A DNA stretch of 35,115 nucleotides, taken from a bacterium. Its GTDB lineage: Bacteria > Patescibacteriota > Patescibacteriia > UBA9934. The DNA lies in NCBI GenBank assembly GCA_035438565.1, contig DAORIP010000001.1:1-35115 (forward strand), in the 5' to 3' direction. The translations under genes and the position numbers were made by a program. This document shows positions 16,382-25,030 of the stretch, in pieces. The notes beneath the pieces were generated by a model. It did not search any database. It saw only the letters and a program-made list of their open reading frames with translations, and was not told the DNA's origin. Numbering within the stretch: position 1 is the stretch's first letter; every line of letters starts with the position of its first letter.

Positions 16382-17884
16382 AGTGAGCGGCTTACCCGAA
16401 GCATCACCAACCAAACGCTTGTAAACGAGCTCAGCGCTCACCAGACACATCGGCATACCAATACCTGGATTTGTATTTCCTCCTACGAAATACAGATTTT
16501 TTACTTTTTTACTATACGTATTTGGGCGGAAAATCGCCGTCTGCCACAGTGTGTGGGACAACCCAAGGCCGCTCCCACGATAACTGTTATAACGCTCGGA
16601 AAAGTCGTCCAAACAGAATCTCCGCTTCACCACAATCGCGTCTTTGAGACCGCTTAGCCCCATGCTCGTCTCCATGGTTTCAAGCATTTTGCTTTCGTAC
16701 GCATCGAGCTCCTTTTCCGTCAGATGCATTCCGGAAGCAATCGGCACTAATAAAAACATGTTCTCAGACCCCTCTGGGGCTACGCCGGAATCAGTTTTGC
16801 TTGGGGCGCAAACGTAGAATGATGGATCTGTAGGTAATTGCGGATGAGTGAAAATTTCATCAAAATTCTGATCCCAATCTTGTGAGAAGACTAAATTATG
16901 GTGCGTGATACTTGAAAATTTCTTGTTCAAACCAAGGTACAGAATAAATGCCGATGGCGACATGACGCGTTTATCCCAGTATTTTTCCGTGCGCTCCCGG
17001 TCCGCAGGGGCAAGTAACTGTGTGTCCGTGTGGTGGAGATCCGCATTTGAAACCACGACATCGGCAGCAAGCTCAGTTCCATCTGCCAATTTCACTCCAG
17101 TCGCGACACCATCCTTGGTGATGATTTGCGCAACCGCTGAACCAGTCTTAAAGGTTACCCCATATTTGGTGCCAAGCTTCACAATTGCTTGAATAACACT
17201 TCCAATTCCGCCCATCGGGTAAAACACACCCTGCCCAAGATCGACGTGCGAGAGCATGGAATAAAGTGCCGGTGCATTTTTTGGAGAGTTTCCAAGAAAC
17301 AGCAGCGTGTGCTGCAACATTTTTTGAACGTCCGTGTCCTTAAAATAGGTCTTAACGTATGAACTCATGGACGAAAACACGGATAATCGCCAACCCTCGA
17401 GCAAGAATTCACGCGTCAAGAAATCAGAGAAGTGATCATAATTTTTGTAAATAAATTGACCGACCCCAATTTCATACTTCCGCTTAGCAGCCACCAGGTA
17501 TTTGCGCAGTGACTCCCCCGCCCCAGGTTCAAGGCTTTCAAAGGTAGCTGCATCGCGCGCCACGTCTGAATATAAATCAACCACCTTATGTTTGTCTTTG
17601 AAAAAAACTCTATAAGACGGGGCAAGCCGCGTAAGCCGCAAATGATCCTCAACCCGTTCACCAAGTAGCTTGAAAAAATGCTCAAAGACATCAGGCATCA
17701 AATACCAAGACGGCCCCATATCAAAGGTAAACCCTGCCTCGTGAAACACACTCGCACGGCCACCCAAAGATTCATTCTTTTCGAGAACAGTTACTTCATG
17801 ACCAGATTTTGCAAGCATAGCAGCCAAACCGAGGCCGCCAAAACCCGAACCGATGATTATAACCCGCGTTTTTGCGCTTTCCAT
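16370..17884 (-). CDS. crtI: Phytoene desaturase family FAD oxidoreductase (CrtI; a CrtD-type role not excluded)
   Basis: N-terminal dinucleotide fold RVIIIGSGFGGLGLAAMLAKSGHEVTVLEKNESLGGRA and a C-terminal FVGGNTNPGIGMPMC motif. The track start at 17902 is a GTG, so I prefer the ATG at 17884. The 3' end overlaps the convergent UbiA gene by 12 nt. Confidence 0.9.
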   Translation of the reverse strand: MESAKTRVIIIGSGFGGLGLAAMLAKSGHEVTVLEKNESLGGRASVFHEAGFTFDMGPSWYLMPDVFEHFFKLLGERVEDHLRLTRLAPSYRVFFKDKHKVVDLYSDVARDAATFESLEPGAGESLRKYLVAAKRKYEIGVGQFIYKNYDHFSDFLTREFLLEGWRLSVFSSMSSYVKTYFKDTDVQKMLQHTLLFLGNSPKNAPALYSMLSHVDLGQGVFYPMGGIGSVIQAIVKLGTKYGVTFKTGSAVAQIITKDGVATGVKLADGTELAADVVVSNADLHHTDTQLLAPADRERTEKYWDKRVMSPSAFILYLGLNKKFSSITHHNLVFSQDWDQNFDEIFTHPQLPTDPSFYVCAPSKTDSGVAPEGSENMFLLVPIASGMHLTEKELDAYESKMLETMETSMGLSGLKDAIVVKRRFCLDDFSERYNSYRGSGLGLSHTLWQTAIFRPNTYSKKVKNLYFVGGNTNPGIGMPMCLVSAELVYKRLVGDASGKPLTSLK

Positions 17885-18735
17885 ACGTGCAAGGTTAACC
17901 ACAATTTTTCTAAACGTCCGGTGCGACGGCGACTGGTAAAGACATCGTAGTCAGCAGCTTCAATCTTATCAAGAATAGCGGCATACAGGGCGCTCGCCAA
18001 GCGTACTGCAAATTGTCCATCAGCATCTAAGTAATGAATACCTCTGTTGGCGGCGTCATACAGCTGTCGCGCCCGAGCAATTTCAAATCTCATCAATTCT
18101 CGAAATTCCGGGCTCACTGTGTTTGATCGTAAGTGATCATTCGTAACTCCAAAGCGTTCCAGATCCTCAACCGGCAAATACACGCGACCACGTGTTTCAA
18201 GATCTTCCCGGATATCGCGGAGGAAATTGGTCAGCTGCATAGCCTCGCCAAGAGCTTTGGCATGCGAAAGTGCAGCTGGATCTGAAAAGCCAATAATATG
18301 ACTCATCATGAGACCAACAACTGCTGCTGAGCCATACATATACCCCTCAAGATCCGCATACGCAGCATAGGAACTCACGCTTAAATCTTGTTCCATGGCT
18401 GCAAGAAAAGCATCTCCGTAGTCACTTGGGATGTTAAATTGCGCGAACACCGTAGCCGCGGCCCGCAAAACAGGGGTGTCATCTCGCTCCCCCCTTACAT
18501 GTTCATGCCAGCAGCTACGCCACTCGGAGAGTCGACGTAATTTGTCTTCGCGGTTATCAGTTCCAACATCAACGATATCATCAGGGGTGCGAAAAAAAGC
18601 ATAGAGGACTGCTGTAGCATCACGTTTTTGCTCAGGAAAAAATCGAGTTGCAAAAGCATAACTTACCCCGTGCTTTTTCATGATGGCACGGCACAGAGCA
18701 ATGTCTTCCTGCGAAAGTTGAGGCTGAGCGGTCAT
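17857..18735 (-). CDS. crtB: Phytoene synthase (squalene/phytoene synthase family)
   Basis: Asp-rich motifs YAFFRTPDDIVD and LTNFLRDIREDL. 292 aa. Its start forms an ATGA overlap with the crtE stop. Confidence 0.92.
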   Translation of the reverse strand: MTAQPQLSQEDIALCRAIMKKHGVSYAFATRFFPEQKRDATAVLYAFFRTPDDIVDVGTDNREDKLRRLSEWRSCWHEHVRGERDDTPVLRAAATVFAQFNIPSDYGDAFLAAMEQDLSVSSYAAYADLEGYMYGSAAVVGLMMSHIIGFSDPAALSHAKALGEAMQLTNFLRDIREDLETRGRVYLPVEDLERFGVTNDHLRSNTVSPEFRELMRFEIARARQLYDAANRGIHYLDADGQFAVRLASALYAAILDKIEAADYDVFTSRRRTGRLEKLWLTLHVWKAQKRGL

Positions 18736-19796
18736 GTGGATCGGTTACGAAGGAGTGTAAGTAAGGCCACGAATGCCACCTTCACTTCTTCAGAAAAAAC
18801 TGACTGTTCAATAGCACGTTCAGCATCCCGTAGTAACGTTTCAATACGTACCTCCACAGCTGCTACCGCACCGCACTGACGCATCACATCGCGGAGCTCA
18901 AAAACTTGATCATCGCTCGCTTTGCCCTGCATAACGCATTGTAATAATGCCTGCTGTATCTCATCTCCATGCTCGGCAACATGTGCGGTAAGTAGGGTCT
19001 GCTGACCGTCACGGATATCAGATAGAACTGGCTTTCCGAGCATCTCCTCAGTACCAATCACGTCGAGCAAATCGTCCTGTAACTGAAATGCAATACCGAT
19101 CAGCATACCAATCCGTTCGGCGTCCTGATACGCCTGCGTATTGGACACACCGGCGAGTCGTAAGCCCAGAGTAAATGGCCGTACGAAGGAATAGCTGGCG
19201 GTCTTCAAGTACATCTTTCGTTCCAAAAGCTCAGCGTCATGCTCCGGACGCGTCATGGTATCCACGTCAATCATCTGACCAGCAATCACCTCATCAATCA
19301 TTTGATAAAACTCCTTCATGACACCTTCAGCAGTACTCACGCCCTGAACAGAATGAACAAGCGTTTCGAGACTATACGCATGCAATAAATCACCGAGGAG
19401 AATCGCCTGGCCACGAGCAATGTGCGCCAAATCGCCGTGTCGGTGCGCAGATTCGAGAGCTAAAAGCGTGTAATGTTCAATTGTTGGCACGCCACGGCGC
19501 ACCTTAGCTTTATCAATAACGTCGTCGTGAATCAGACAAAAGGCATGAAAAAACTCCAAGCTCACTCCAAGTGCAACGATGCGGTCATGGTCCTGAGGCG
19601 CTCCGCCACCAGCCATGAATCCAATATAAGCCAGATAAGGGCGTAAACGCTTACCGCCAGCTAAAATCTGCTGCGTATGAAGCGCGAGATCATTTAAAAA
19701 TGTGTCGTGTGTTAAATTGAGAAATACCTGCAGTCTTTCCGCTAACTTTGGGCTAAAAATTGGCTCGAACTGCTGTTTGTAAGCCATGAAATCCAT
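18732..19796 (-). CDS. crtE: Polyprenyl (geranylgeranyl) diphosphate synthase
   Basis: First and second Asp-rich motifs FCLIHDDVIDKAKVRRG and AFQLQDDLLD. The track start at 19817 is a TTG; ATG codons occur at 19796 and 19787. Confidence 0.9.
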   Translation of the reverse strand: MDFMAYKQQFEPIFSPKLAERLQVFLNLTHDTFLNDLALHTQQILAGGKRLRPYLAYIGFMAGGGAPQDHDRIVALGVSLEFFHAFCLIHDDVIDKAKVRRGVPTIEHYTLLALESAHRHGDLAHIARGQAILLGDLLHAYSLETLVHSVQGVSTAEGVMKEFYQMIDEVIAGQMIDVDTMTRPEHDAELLERKMYLKTASYSFVRPFTLGLRLAGVSNTQAYQDAERIGMLIGIAFQLQDDLLDVIGTEEMLGKPVLSDIRDGQQTLLTAHVAEHGDEIQQALLQCVMQGKASDDQVFELRDVMRQCGAVAAVEVRIETLLRDAERAIEQSVFSEEVKVAFVALLTLLRNRST

Positions 19797-19847
19797 AACG
19801 AACGTCAGTGTATCCAATTCAACTCTTTTCGTCTATCATGCCCACAT

Positions 19848-20321
19848 ATGACGATTGACATTATCTTCACCATCGCAACCCTTTTCTGCGTTCTCCTTAC
19901 ATGCATCCCAACGCTTCCGGGTGTCCCCATGCTCTTTGGTACAATATTCATTTACGCGCTCATCACAAATTTCAGCACACTTGGGCTCATGCCGCTCATT
20001 ATATTTGGCATCCTGGCGCTATTATCATTATTTATTGATTACTCGTCCGGCCTTATTGGCGCCAAGCTTGGAGGTGCAAATAAAAAGTCGCTACTGTTTG
20101 GAATTATTGGACTCTTCATTGGCATGCTTATTTTCCCACCTTTTGGCGCGTTCCTTGGTCTATTTATGGGCGTGTTCGTTGCAGAACTCTTACAATTTCA
20201 TGACCACATAAAAGCCCTACGCGCCGCCTCTTTCTCAGTCATCACTACCGCCCTTGGAGCAATTGGGAACGTATTCATCGCCGTAGGAATGTACGTTGCC
20301 TTCCTCATTCTCATCTTCTAA
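19848..20321 (+). CDS. Small polytopic membrane protein, DUF456-like
   Basis: 157 aa with four hydrophobic helices. The IPTLPGVPMLFG N-terminal pattern resembles DUF456. A TATCAT hexamer ends 8 nt before the ATG. Confidence 0.55.
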   Translation: MTIDIIFTIATLFCVLLTCIPTLPGVPMLFGTIFIYALITNFSTLGLMPLIIFGILALLSLFIDYSSGLIGAKLGGANKKSLLFGIIGLFIGMLIFPPFGAFLGLFMGVFVAELLQFHDHIKALRAASFSVITTALGAIGNVFIAVGMYVAFLILIF

Positions 20322-20380
20322 CACCAGACCTCCGTCAACCGTAGCGACTGTGGGTAATTCTCAGAAATTCGCCTTTGTTC

Positions 20381-20389
20381 TGCTATGAT
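20381..20389 (+). promoter_or_regulatory. Extended -10 promoter element
   Basis: TGCTATGAT (TGn plus TATGAT) lies 32 nt upstream of the ATG at 20422. The same TGCTAnAnT pattern occurs at 22100, 26930 and 34840. Confidence 0.35.
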
Positions 20390-20390
20390 G

Positions 20391-20418
20391 AACACAAAAT
20401 TTTAATCCTTTTTGTGTT
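20391..20418 (+). promoter_or_regulatory. 5' leader stem-loop ending 3 nt before the start codon
   Basis: AACACAAAA (20391-20399) pairs perfectly with TTTTGTGTT (20410-20418), with a 10-nt loop. No Shine-Dalgarno sequence is visible. Confidence 0.3.
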
Positions 20419-20421
20419 GCT

Positions 20422-20811
20422 ATGAATTCACTCAGGTTGAGTACCCTTTCAGCCATGCGCGCCGTGCTGCTGTTTGGCTTTGCAGCAGTCACGTTCTTCG
20501 CCTTTAATCATCAAGCATTCGCAGCAAACACAATCAGCGATAAATACTACCAAGACACCGACGGTAACGGAACTGTTAACCGTGTTCGTTGGCAAATGGA
20601 TGAAAACGTTACCGCCTGTACCTATGAAGCCGGCGACTGGACGGTGAATACTGCTAGCGAGATGAACTGGGTGATCACCGGCATCTCCTGCACGGGAAGC
20701 AATGCTTTTCTCGATATTACTATCACATCAGACACAAACGAGACCGGATCGGTAACCCCACCAGTCATCAGCTACGCTAATGCCGGGACCGCCGGGAGTG
20801 TCGCGCCATGA
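20422..20811 (+). CDS. Secreted protein fragment (signal peptide plus N-terminal domain); probably the 5' part of one gene continued at 20808
   Basis: Signal peptide LLFGFAAVTFFAFNHQAFA, then DKYYQDTDGNGTVNRVRW..., typical of the domain that precedes SbsA-type Ig-like domains. It ends in an ATGA junction with the next ORF. Confidence 0.6.
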   Translation: MNSLRLSTLSAMRAVLLFGFAAVTFFAFNHQAFAANTISDKYYQDTDGNGTVNRVRWQMDENVTACTYEAGDWTVNTASEMNWVITGISCTGSNAFLDITITSDTNETGSVTPPVISYANAGTAGSVAP

Positions 20812-22043
20812 CCGCAAAATCCAACCAAACCATCACAGATGCAGCGGCGCCAACAATCGTAAGTACAACACCAACAAGCGCCGGCGTTGGAGTTTCTATT
20901 AACACAGATCTAGTGATTGCGTTCTCGGAACGAATGGATGCTACTTTTGATGAGGGCACTGAATTTGCCGTCTCCCCTGACCCCGGATCATTCACAACCA
21001 CCTGGGCTGTAGATGAAATGACCGTAACCCTAAGCTTTGCAAATATGCTTTGCGGTCATACATATTCAGTAACAACCGATGAAGCCGAAATTATTGCGTC
21101 AACAGGTACGGTCACTACGCTTGTCACAACCGGGCCACAAGATGGAGATTGGACCTTCACCACTGCAGCTTGCGGATCAAACTCATCAACGCCCGCGAGC
21201 GTATCTTCGTTTAGCTACGATGGCGCAGTCTGCTCACTTGAAAATACCCATTCATTTAGCGTCACTGGTTCAAACATCGATGCCTACCTTGCGTCTGACA
21301 ACCAGTATTTTTCTGATGCAGAATGGGTAAGTAATGACGTTGAGGGCTCTGACAGTTTTAATGTCACTTTCGATGACAGCGCTGACACCGCCTACTTCGC
21401 CCTTCGCAGCGATACCGGAGCAGTGACCAACGTCTACTCTTTCGATCTCACCGATTGGTCAAATATCTGTAACGCCTCTGACGATAGCAATGACAGTGGA
21501 TCTGATGACAGTGCAGACGACAATAGTGAAGATATCCCAAGCGATGACTCTTCGTCAGATGACAGCAGCGATATCGTTCCTGTTGCCGGAGTAAATCCTG
21601 GAGATGTCATTCATAGCTCAACCTCAACCGCCGTTTATTACGTCACTTCTACCTACACCCGCCGCGTTTTCATCAATGAGCAAACCTACTTCACCTGGTT
21701 CGATTCATTTGACGGTGTTAAAGAAGTAAGCGCTAGCACCATGTCCGCCCTCCCACTCGATGGCAGCATGTTGCCAAAAGCTGGTGTGGTGCTTGTAAAA
21801 ATTCAGTCCTCACCTGTTGTCTATTTCCTTGACGACAGTAGTGACGAATTCTCTCCAGAGCTCCGCGAGATCGGCGATGAGGCTACTGCAATCGATCTCT
21901 TTGGTAGCAACTGGGCAGACTACGTGATTGACATTGAGCCAACTTTCTTCACCAAATTTGATTCCGGTCTTGAGGTAGATGCTTCCGAAGACCTTGGTAT
22001 CGACGTGAATGACATGAAGGAGCGCGAAAGCCTCCATGACTAA
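20808..22043 (+). CDS. Surface protein lacking its own signal peptide: Ig-like (SbsA/Big_5-type) domain, shared N-module, acidic Ser/Asp linker, shared C-module
   Basis: TDAAAPTIVSTTPTSAGVGVSINTDLVIAFSERMD is Big_5-like. The module FSVTGSNIDAYLASDNQYF resembles 12512-12815. A low-complexity stretch SDDSNDSGSDDSADDNSEDIPSDDSSSDDSSD follows. The C-module is GDVIHSSTSTAVYYVTSTYTRRVF...NWADYVIDIEPT. Confidence 0.75.
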   Translation: MTAKSNQTITDAAAPTIVSTTPTSAGVGVSINTDLVIAFSERMDATFDEGTEFAVSPDPGSFTTTWAVDEMTVTLSFANMLCGHTYSVTTDEAEIIASTGTVTTLVTTGPQDGDWTFTTAACGSNSSTPASVSSFSYDGAVCSLENTHSFSVTGSNIDAYLASDNQYFSDAEWVSNDVEGSDSFNVTFDDSADTAYFALRSDTGAVTNVYSFDLTDWSNICNASDDSNDSGSDDSADDNSEDIPSDDSSSDDSSDIVPVAGVNPGDVIHSSTSTAVYYVTSTYTRRVFINEQTYFTWFDSFDGVKEVSASTMSALPLDGSMLPKAGVVLVKIQSSPVVYFLDDSSDEFSPELREIGDEATAIDLFGSNWADYVIDIEPTFFTKFDSGLEVDASEDLGIDVNDMKERESLHD

Positions 22044-22055
22044 ATAAAAGCAGCA

Positions 22056-22090
22056 AAGAATACCGGGCAATACGCCCGGTATTCTTTTTA
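22056..22090 (+). terminator. Rho-independent terminator
   Basis: 13-bp perfect stem AAGAATACCGGGC (22056-22068) / GCCCGGTATTCTT (22074-22086) running into TTTTT. Confidence 0.75.
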
Positions 22091-22116
22091 TTGGGTTTCT
22101 GCTATACTTTTAGCCC

Positions 22117-22218
22117 ATGAAGCCCCCTCAACACACGCTCCTCGCCCTATTTGCAAGTACTGCAATAATGACCCTTTTTCTGATGGGCTATATTATGTTT
22201 TGGATAGCCACAAAATAA
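22117..22218 (+). CDS. Possible 33-aa hydrophobic peptide
   Basis: My translation is MKPPQHTLLALFASTAIMTLFLMGYIMFWIATK. TGCTATACT (22100-22108) ends 8 nt before its ATG, and the stop is 3 nt before the VOC gene. The only support is position and hydrophobicity. Confidence 0.25.
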   Translation: MKPPQHTLLALFASTAIMTLFLMGYIMFWIATK

Positions 22219-22221
22219 CCT

Positions 22222-22665
22222 ATGAAGATCCAAGAACTTGGCCACGTCGTACTCTTTGTAAGTAATCTTGAACGGTCAGCCGATTTTTACAAACTCACCC
22301 TTGGTTTTCAAGAAATTACACGCCAACCAGGCCTTGCCGTATTTTCCGCCGGTCGCACTCATCATGAACTTCTCCTCATCGAGGTGGGCGGCAACCCGAA
22401 CGCGAACAGATCAGCCAAGCCAGGCCTCTACCATATCGGTTTTAAAATTGGGAACTCTCCCGAAGACGCGAAAGCGGTGTACGGAGAGCTGCTCGCAAAA
22501 GGGGTAACAATTGTTGGTACCGGTGACCACACCGTCACGCACAGCATTTACATCCTTGATCCTGACGGCAATGAGCTCGAACTCTATGCCGATGTTTCAG
22601 ATATCTGGAAAACAGACCCCTACGCTGTCATGAACCCCGTGAGGCCTCTTGATCTTCAAGCCTAA
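22222..22665 (+). CDS. VOC-family (glyoxalase/bleomycin resistance/extradiol dioxygenase fold) protein
   Basis: LGHVVLFVSNLERSADFYKLTLGFQE, then HHELLLIE...GLYHIGFKI...DPDGNELELY, the typical paired beta-alpha-beta-beta-beta metal-site strings. Confidence 0.85.
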   Translation: MKIQELGHVVLFVSNLERSADFYKLTLGFQEITRQPGLAVFSAGRTHHELLLIEVGGNPNANRSAKPGLYHIGFKIGNSPEDAKAVYGELLAKGVTIVGTGDHTVTHSIYILDPDGNELELYADVSDIWKTDPYAVMNPVRPLDLQA

Positions 22666-22673
22666 CGGTCCGT

Positions 22674-23531
22674 ATGGAACCAGACCGATTACGTTTTGCC
22701 GCCGATCAATGCCCCCTACCCAATTCAGGCATTCCTTCACTGCATCACACAAAGTGGTATGCCAACGGTCACTATCCGCACAATCGCATTCGTTACGACC
22801 ATGACGGCCAAACTATCACCGTGTTTGAGAATCGCTTCATAAGCTGGCACCGCTCTTTCACAGCCACTACCCCGCAACCCGCAACCAACCCCGGCTACAT
22901 TGCAATTCACGAATGGATACCAAAATATCAGCTTAAAAACACATCGGGCTGGTTTCGGTTTGGACGTGAATACACAGTCGCCTACGCCACACTCCACCCC
23001 AACTATCGAAATGATTGGCGTCAACAAGCAAAACGACACTTCAAAGCATTTCTGCGCTCTGGCTGTACATTAAGAAATGGCAGCAAGGCTGACGTCGAAC
23101 TCCTCTATAAAACCTCTCAAGTACCCAAAAGTCTTCAGGAAGCTATGTTGAAAGTTCTTGATCGTCAACTTTTAGCACATCCTGAAACTATCGATATTTT
23201 GGTTGCAGAAAAGAACCAGATCCCCGTTGCCTGTCTCGTGTCCGGGAATTGCGATGAGGCGAAAATGAGCGAATATATTATTGGTGCCTTTCACCCAAAC
23301 TACAAAAAAGATAATCCGATGGTTGGACTCGTCGATTGGTGGTATCAAAGATCAATCACCCGCGGGTATGCCACGCTCACATTTGGGCACATGGAACCAA
23401 AGACAACCAAAGGACCCTTGTCTGGAAATGGGTATTCATTCTTCAAGACACATTTCAACGTTACGCGAATGTGGTTTCCAAAAAATCATTGGCGTATCCG
23501 CTTAAATCACAAGAGGCCTACCACAACCTGA
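22674..23531 (+). CDS. GNAT-fold / FemAB-like (Acetyltransf_6-type) protein; family assignment tentative
   Basis: The 285-aa ORF is solid. The pattern RNDWRQQAKRHFKAFLRSGCTLRNG...LLYKTS...YIIGAFHP...GLVDWWY...GYSFFKTHFN resembles the R..R..k+a.k.G / FK..F strings of FemAB-like acyltransferases. This could not be verified without an HMM search. Confidence 0.45.
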   Translation: MEPDRLRFAADQCPLPNSGIPSLHHTKWYANGHYPHNRIRYDHDGQTITVFENRFISWHRSFTATTPQPATNPGYIAIHEWIPKYQLKNTSGWFRFGREYTVAYATLHPNYRNDWRQQAKRHFKAFLRSGCTLRNGSKADVELLYKTSQVPKSLQEAMLKVLDRQLLAHPETIDILVAEKNQIPVACLVSGNCDEAKMSEYIIGAFHPNYKKDNPMVGLVDWWYQRSITRGYATLTFGHMEPKTTKGPLSGNGYSFFKTHFNVTRMWFPKNHWRIRLNHKRPTTT

Positions 23532-23581
23532 ATTTTGAGGCTAAACTATTCAAGCTCAGTTATTATTCTTGATCGGATTTT

Positions 23582-24055
23582 ATGAATCACAAATTTTTTG
23601 CAGCTGCCGCCTTGGTCGTACTGCTAGGTACGGGTTGTGCACAGGGAGTTGAGGAAGTTTCCAATAATAGCAACACTCCAACAGACGACAATTCAGCCAC
23701 AAACATCGCTGTCGGTGAACCAAATCCAAATAACGAAGATGTCAAAACGGATGATGTTGTAAAAACCGATGACGCCAATATTAAAACCTTCACCGTGACT
23801 GGAGAAAACTTCTCCTTTGAACCAAGTACGCTCACCGTAAAAAAGGGCGATACTGTCCGTATCATTTTCAAAAATGAGGACGGTTTTCATGATTTAAAAA
23901 TTGACGAACTCAACGTAGCCACCAAGCAAATTCAGGGTGGCGCAGAAGAAACTGTGGAATTTGTCGCTGATAAAGCTGGAACCTTTGAGTACTACTGTTC
24001 CGTTGGAAAGCATCGTGACATGGGTATGAAAGGAACAATCACCGTGACTGAATAA
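23582..24055 (+). CDS. Cupredoxin (plastocyanin/halocyanin-like blue copper) lipoprotein
   Basis: Lipobox LLGTGC, a low-complexity linker, then the type-1 copper ligands FHDL and YYCSVGKHRDMGM (Cys, His, Met). Confidence 0.85.
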   Translation: MNHKFFAAAALVVLLGTGCAQGVEEVSNNSNTPTDDNSATNIAVGEPNPNNEDVKTDDVVKTDDANIKTFTVTGENFSFEPSTLTVKKGDTVRIIFKNEDGFHDLKIDELNVATKQIQGGAEETVEFVADKAGTFEYYCSVGKHRDMGMKGTITVTE

Positions 24056-24066
24056 ATCCCGTACAT

Positions 24067-24100
24067 AAAACACCCTAGGTCAATCGACCTAGGGTGTTTT
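24067..24100. terminator. Rho-independent terminator (symmetrical A/T arms)
   Basis: 15-bp perfect stem AAAACACCCTAGGTC (24067-24081) / GACCTAGGGTGTTTT (24086-24100) with a 4-nt loop. Confidence 0.75.
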
Positions 24101-24313
24101 ATAACAGGCTATTTAGGCCTGAGCTGGGGCCTCCGGTGCTACTGTCTCCTCGGCAGGAGTGACAGGAGTTTCCGAAGTGTGGGTAGGCTCTGGAACTACT
24201 GGTGCTGCTTGCGTATCTTCGCCGTCGTACATATTGTATATGCGTAAAGAATCAGACGGGCGCCCTCCCACGAGGACAAGGGTATCCTACGTCGCTCAAG
24301 TGAAAACGTCAAT

Positions 24314-25021
24314 ATGATTTCGGCTAAAATTATTGAAAAAGAACTCATTTCACTTCGTGACGCTGATCGATCTGAAAAAAGTAAACGTTATTTTAAGACT
24401 GGTCCCGGAGAATATGCTGAAGGAGACATTTTTCTTGGTATTCCTGTTCCGATCTTAAGAAACTACGCCAAAAAATGGTATACACTCCCCCGGTCAGAGA
24501 TCATCAAGCTACTTCATTCCCCACTTCACGAATTACGTTTTATCGCCCTCTGCATTGCAATACAACAATTCAAGCGTGGAGATGACAAAATTCGCAAAAA
24601 CATCGTAAATCTCTACCTTGCCTCGCTCAAAAAATTCATCAATAACTGGGACCTTGTCGATCTTTCAGCGGCAAATATTCTCGGCGCCTACTATACGAAC
24701 GCTTCAAAACAACAACTCATCAAATTAGCGAGATCATCATCTCTCTGGGAAAAACGGGCGGCAATCATTGCTACGCATTACTACATCAAATCAGGCTCAA
24801 GCGATACCGCGCTCCTTATTGCCACCATTCTCCTACAGGATAAACACGATCTCATTCACAAAGCAGTAGGTTGGACATTGCGGGAAGTTGGAAAATCGTG
24901 TTCTATGGAGGTGGAACGGGAGTTCCTTGAACTACACATTAAGCTCATCCCAAGAACGACGCTCCGCTACGCCATAGAACGCTTCCCCACCCAAGAACGA
25001 CGCTATTTACTCAATCGTTAA
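24314..25021 (+). CDS. DNA alkylation repair protein (AlkD/AlkC-like HEAT-repeat family)
   Basis: Family strings are present: KSKRYFKTGPGEYAEGDIFLGIPVPILRNYAKK, NNWDLVDLSA and HKAVGWTLREVGK. Confidence 0.85.
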   Translation: MISAKIIEKELISLRDADRSEKSKRYFKTGPGEYAEGDIFLGIPVPILRNYAKKWYTLPRSEIIKLLHSPLHELRFIALCIAIQQFKRGDDKIRKNIVNLYLASLKKFINNWDLVDLSAANILGAYYTNASKQQLIKLARSSSLWEKRAAIIATHYYIKSGSSDTALLIATILLQDKHDLIHKAVGWTLREVGKSCSMEVEREFLELHIKLIPRTTLRYAIERFPTQERRYLLNR

Positions 25022-25030
25022 TCGTAATAT

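Noticed and set aside
20781-20811. Programmed -1 ribosomal frameshift joining the 129-aa and 411-aa ORFs
   Set aside because: A -1 shift after the CCA codon would fuse the frames. However, there is no X-XXY-YYZ slippery heptamer and no obvious downstream structure. A mutation, an assembly indel or ATGA reinitiation are simpler explanations.
24114-24232. 39-aa minus-strand ORF (MYDGEDTQAAPVVPEPTHTSETPVTPAEETVAPEAPAQA) ending at the 24067-24100 terminator
   Set aside because: Its Pro/Glu/Thr composition is low-complexity. No Shine-Dalgarno sequence or promoter lies near the ATG; the GGGAGGG at 24262-24270 is about 30 nt away. Position next to a terminator alone is not enough.
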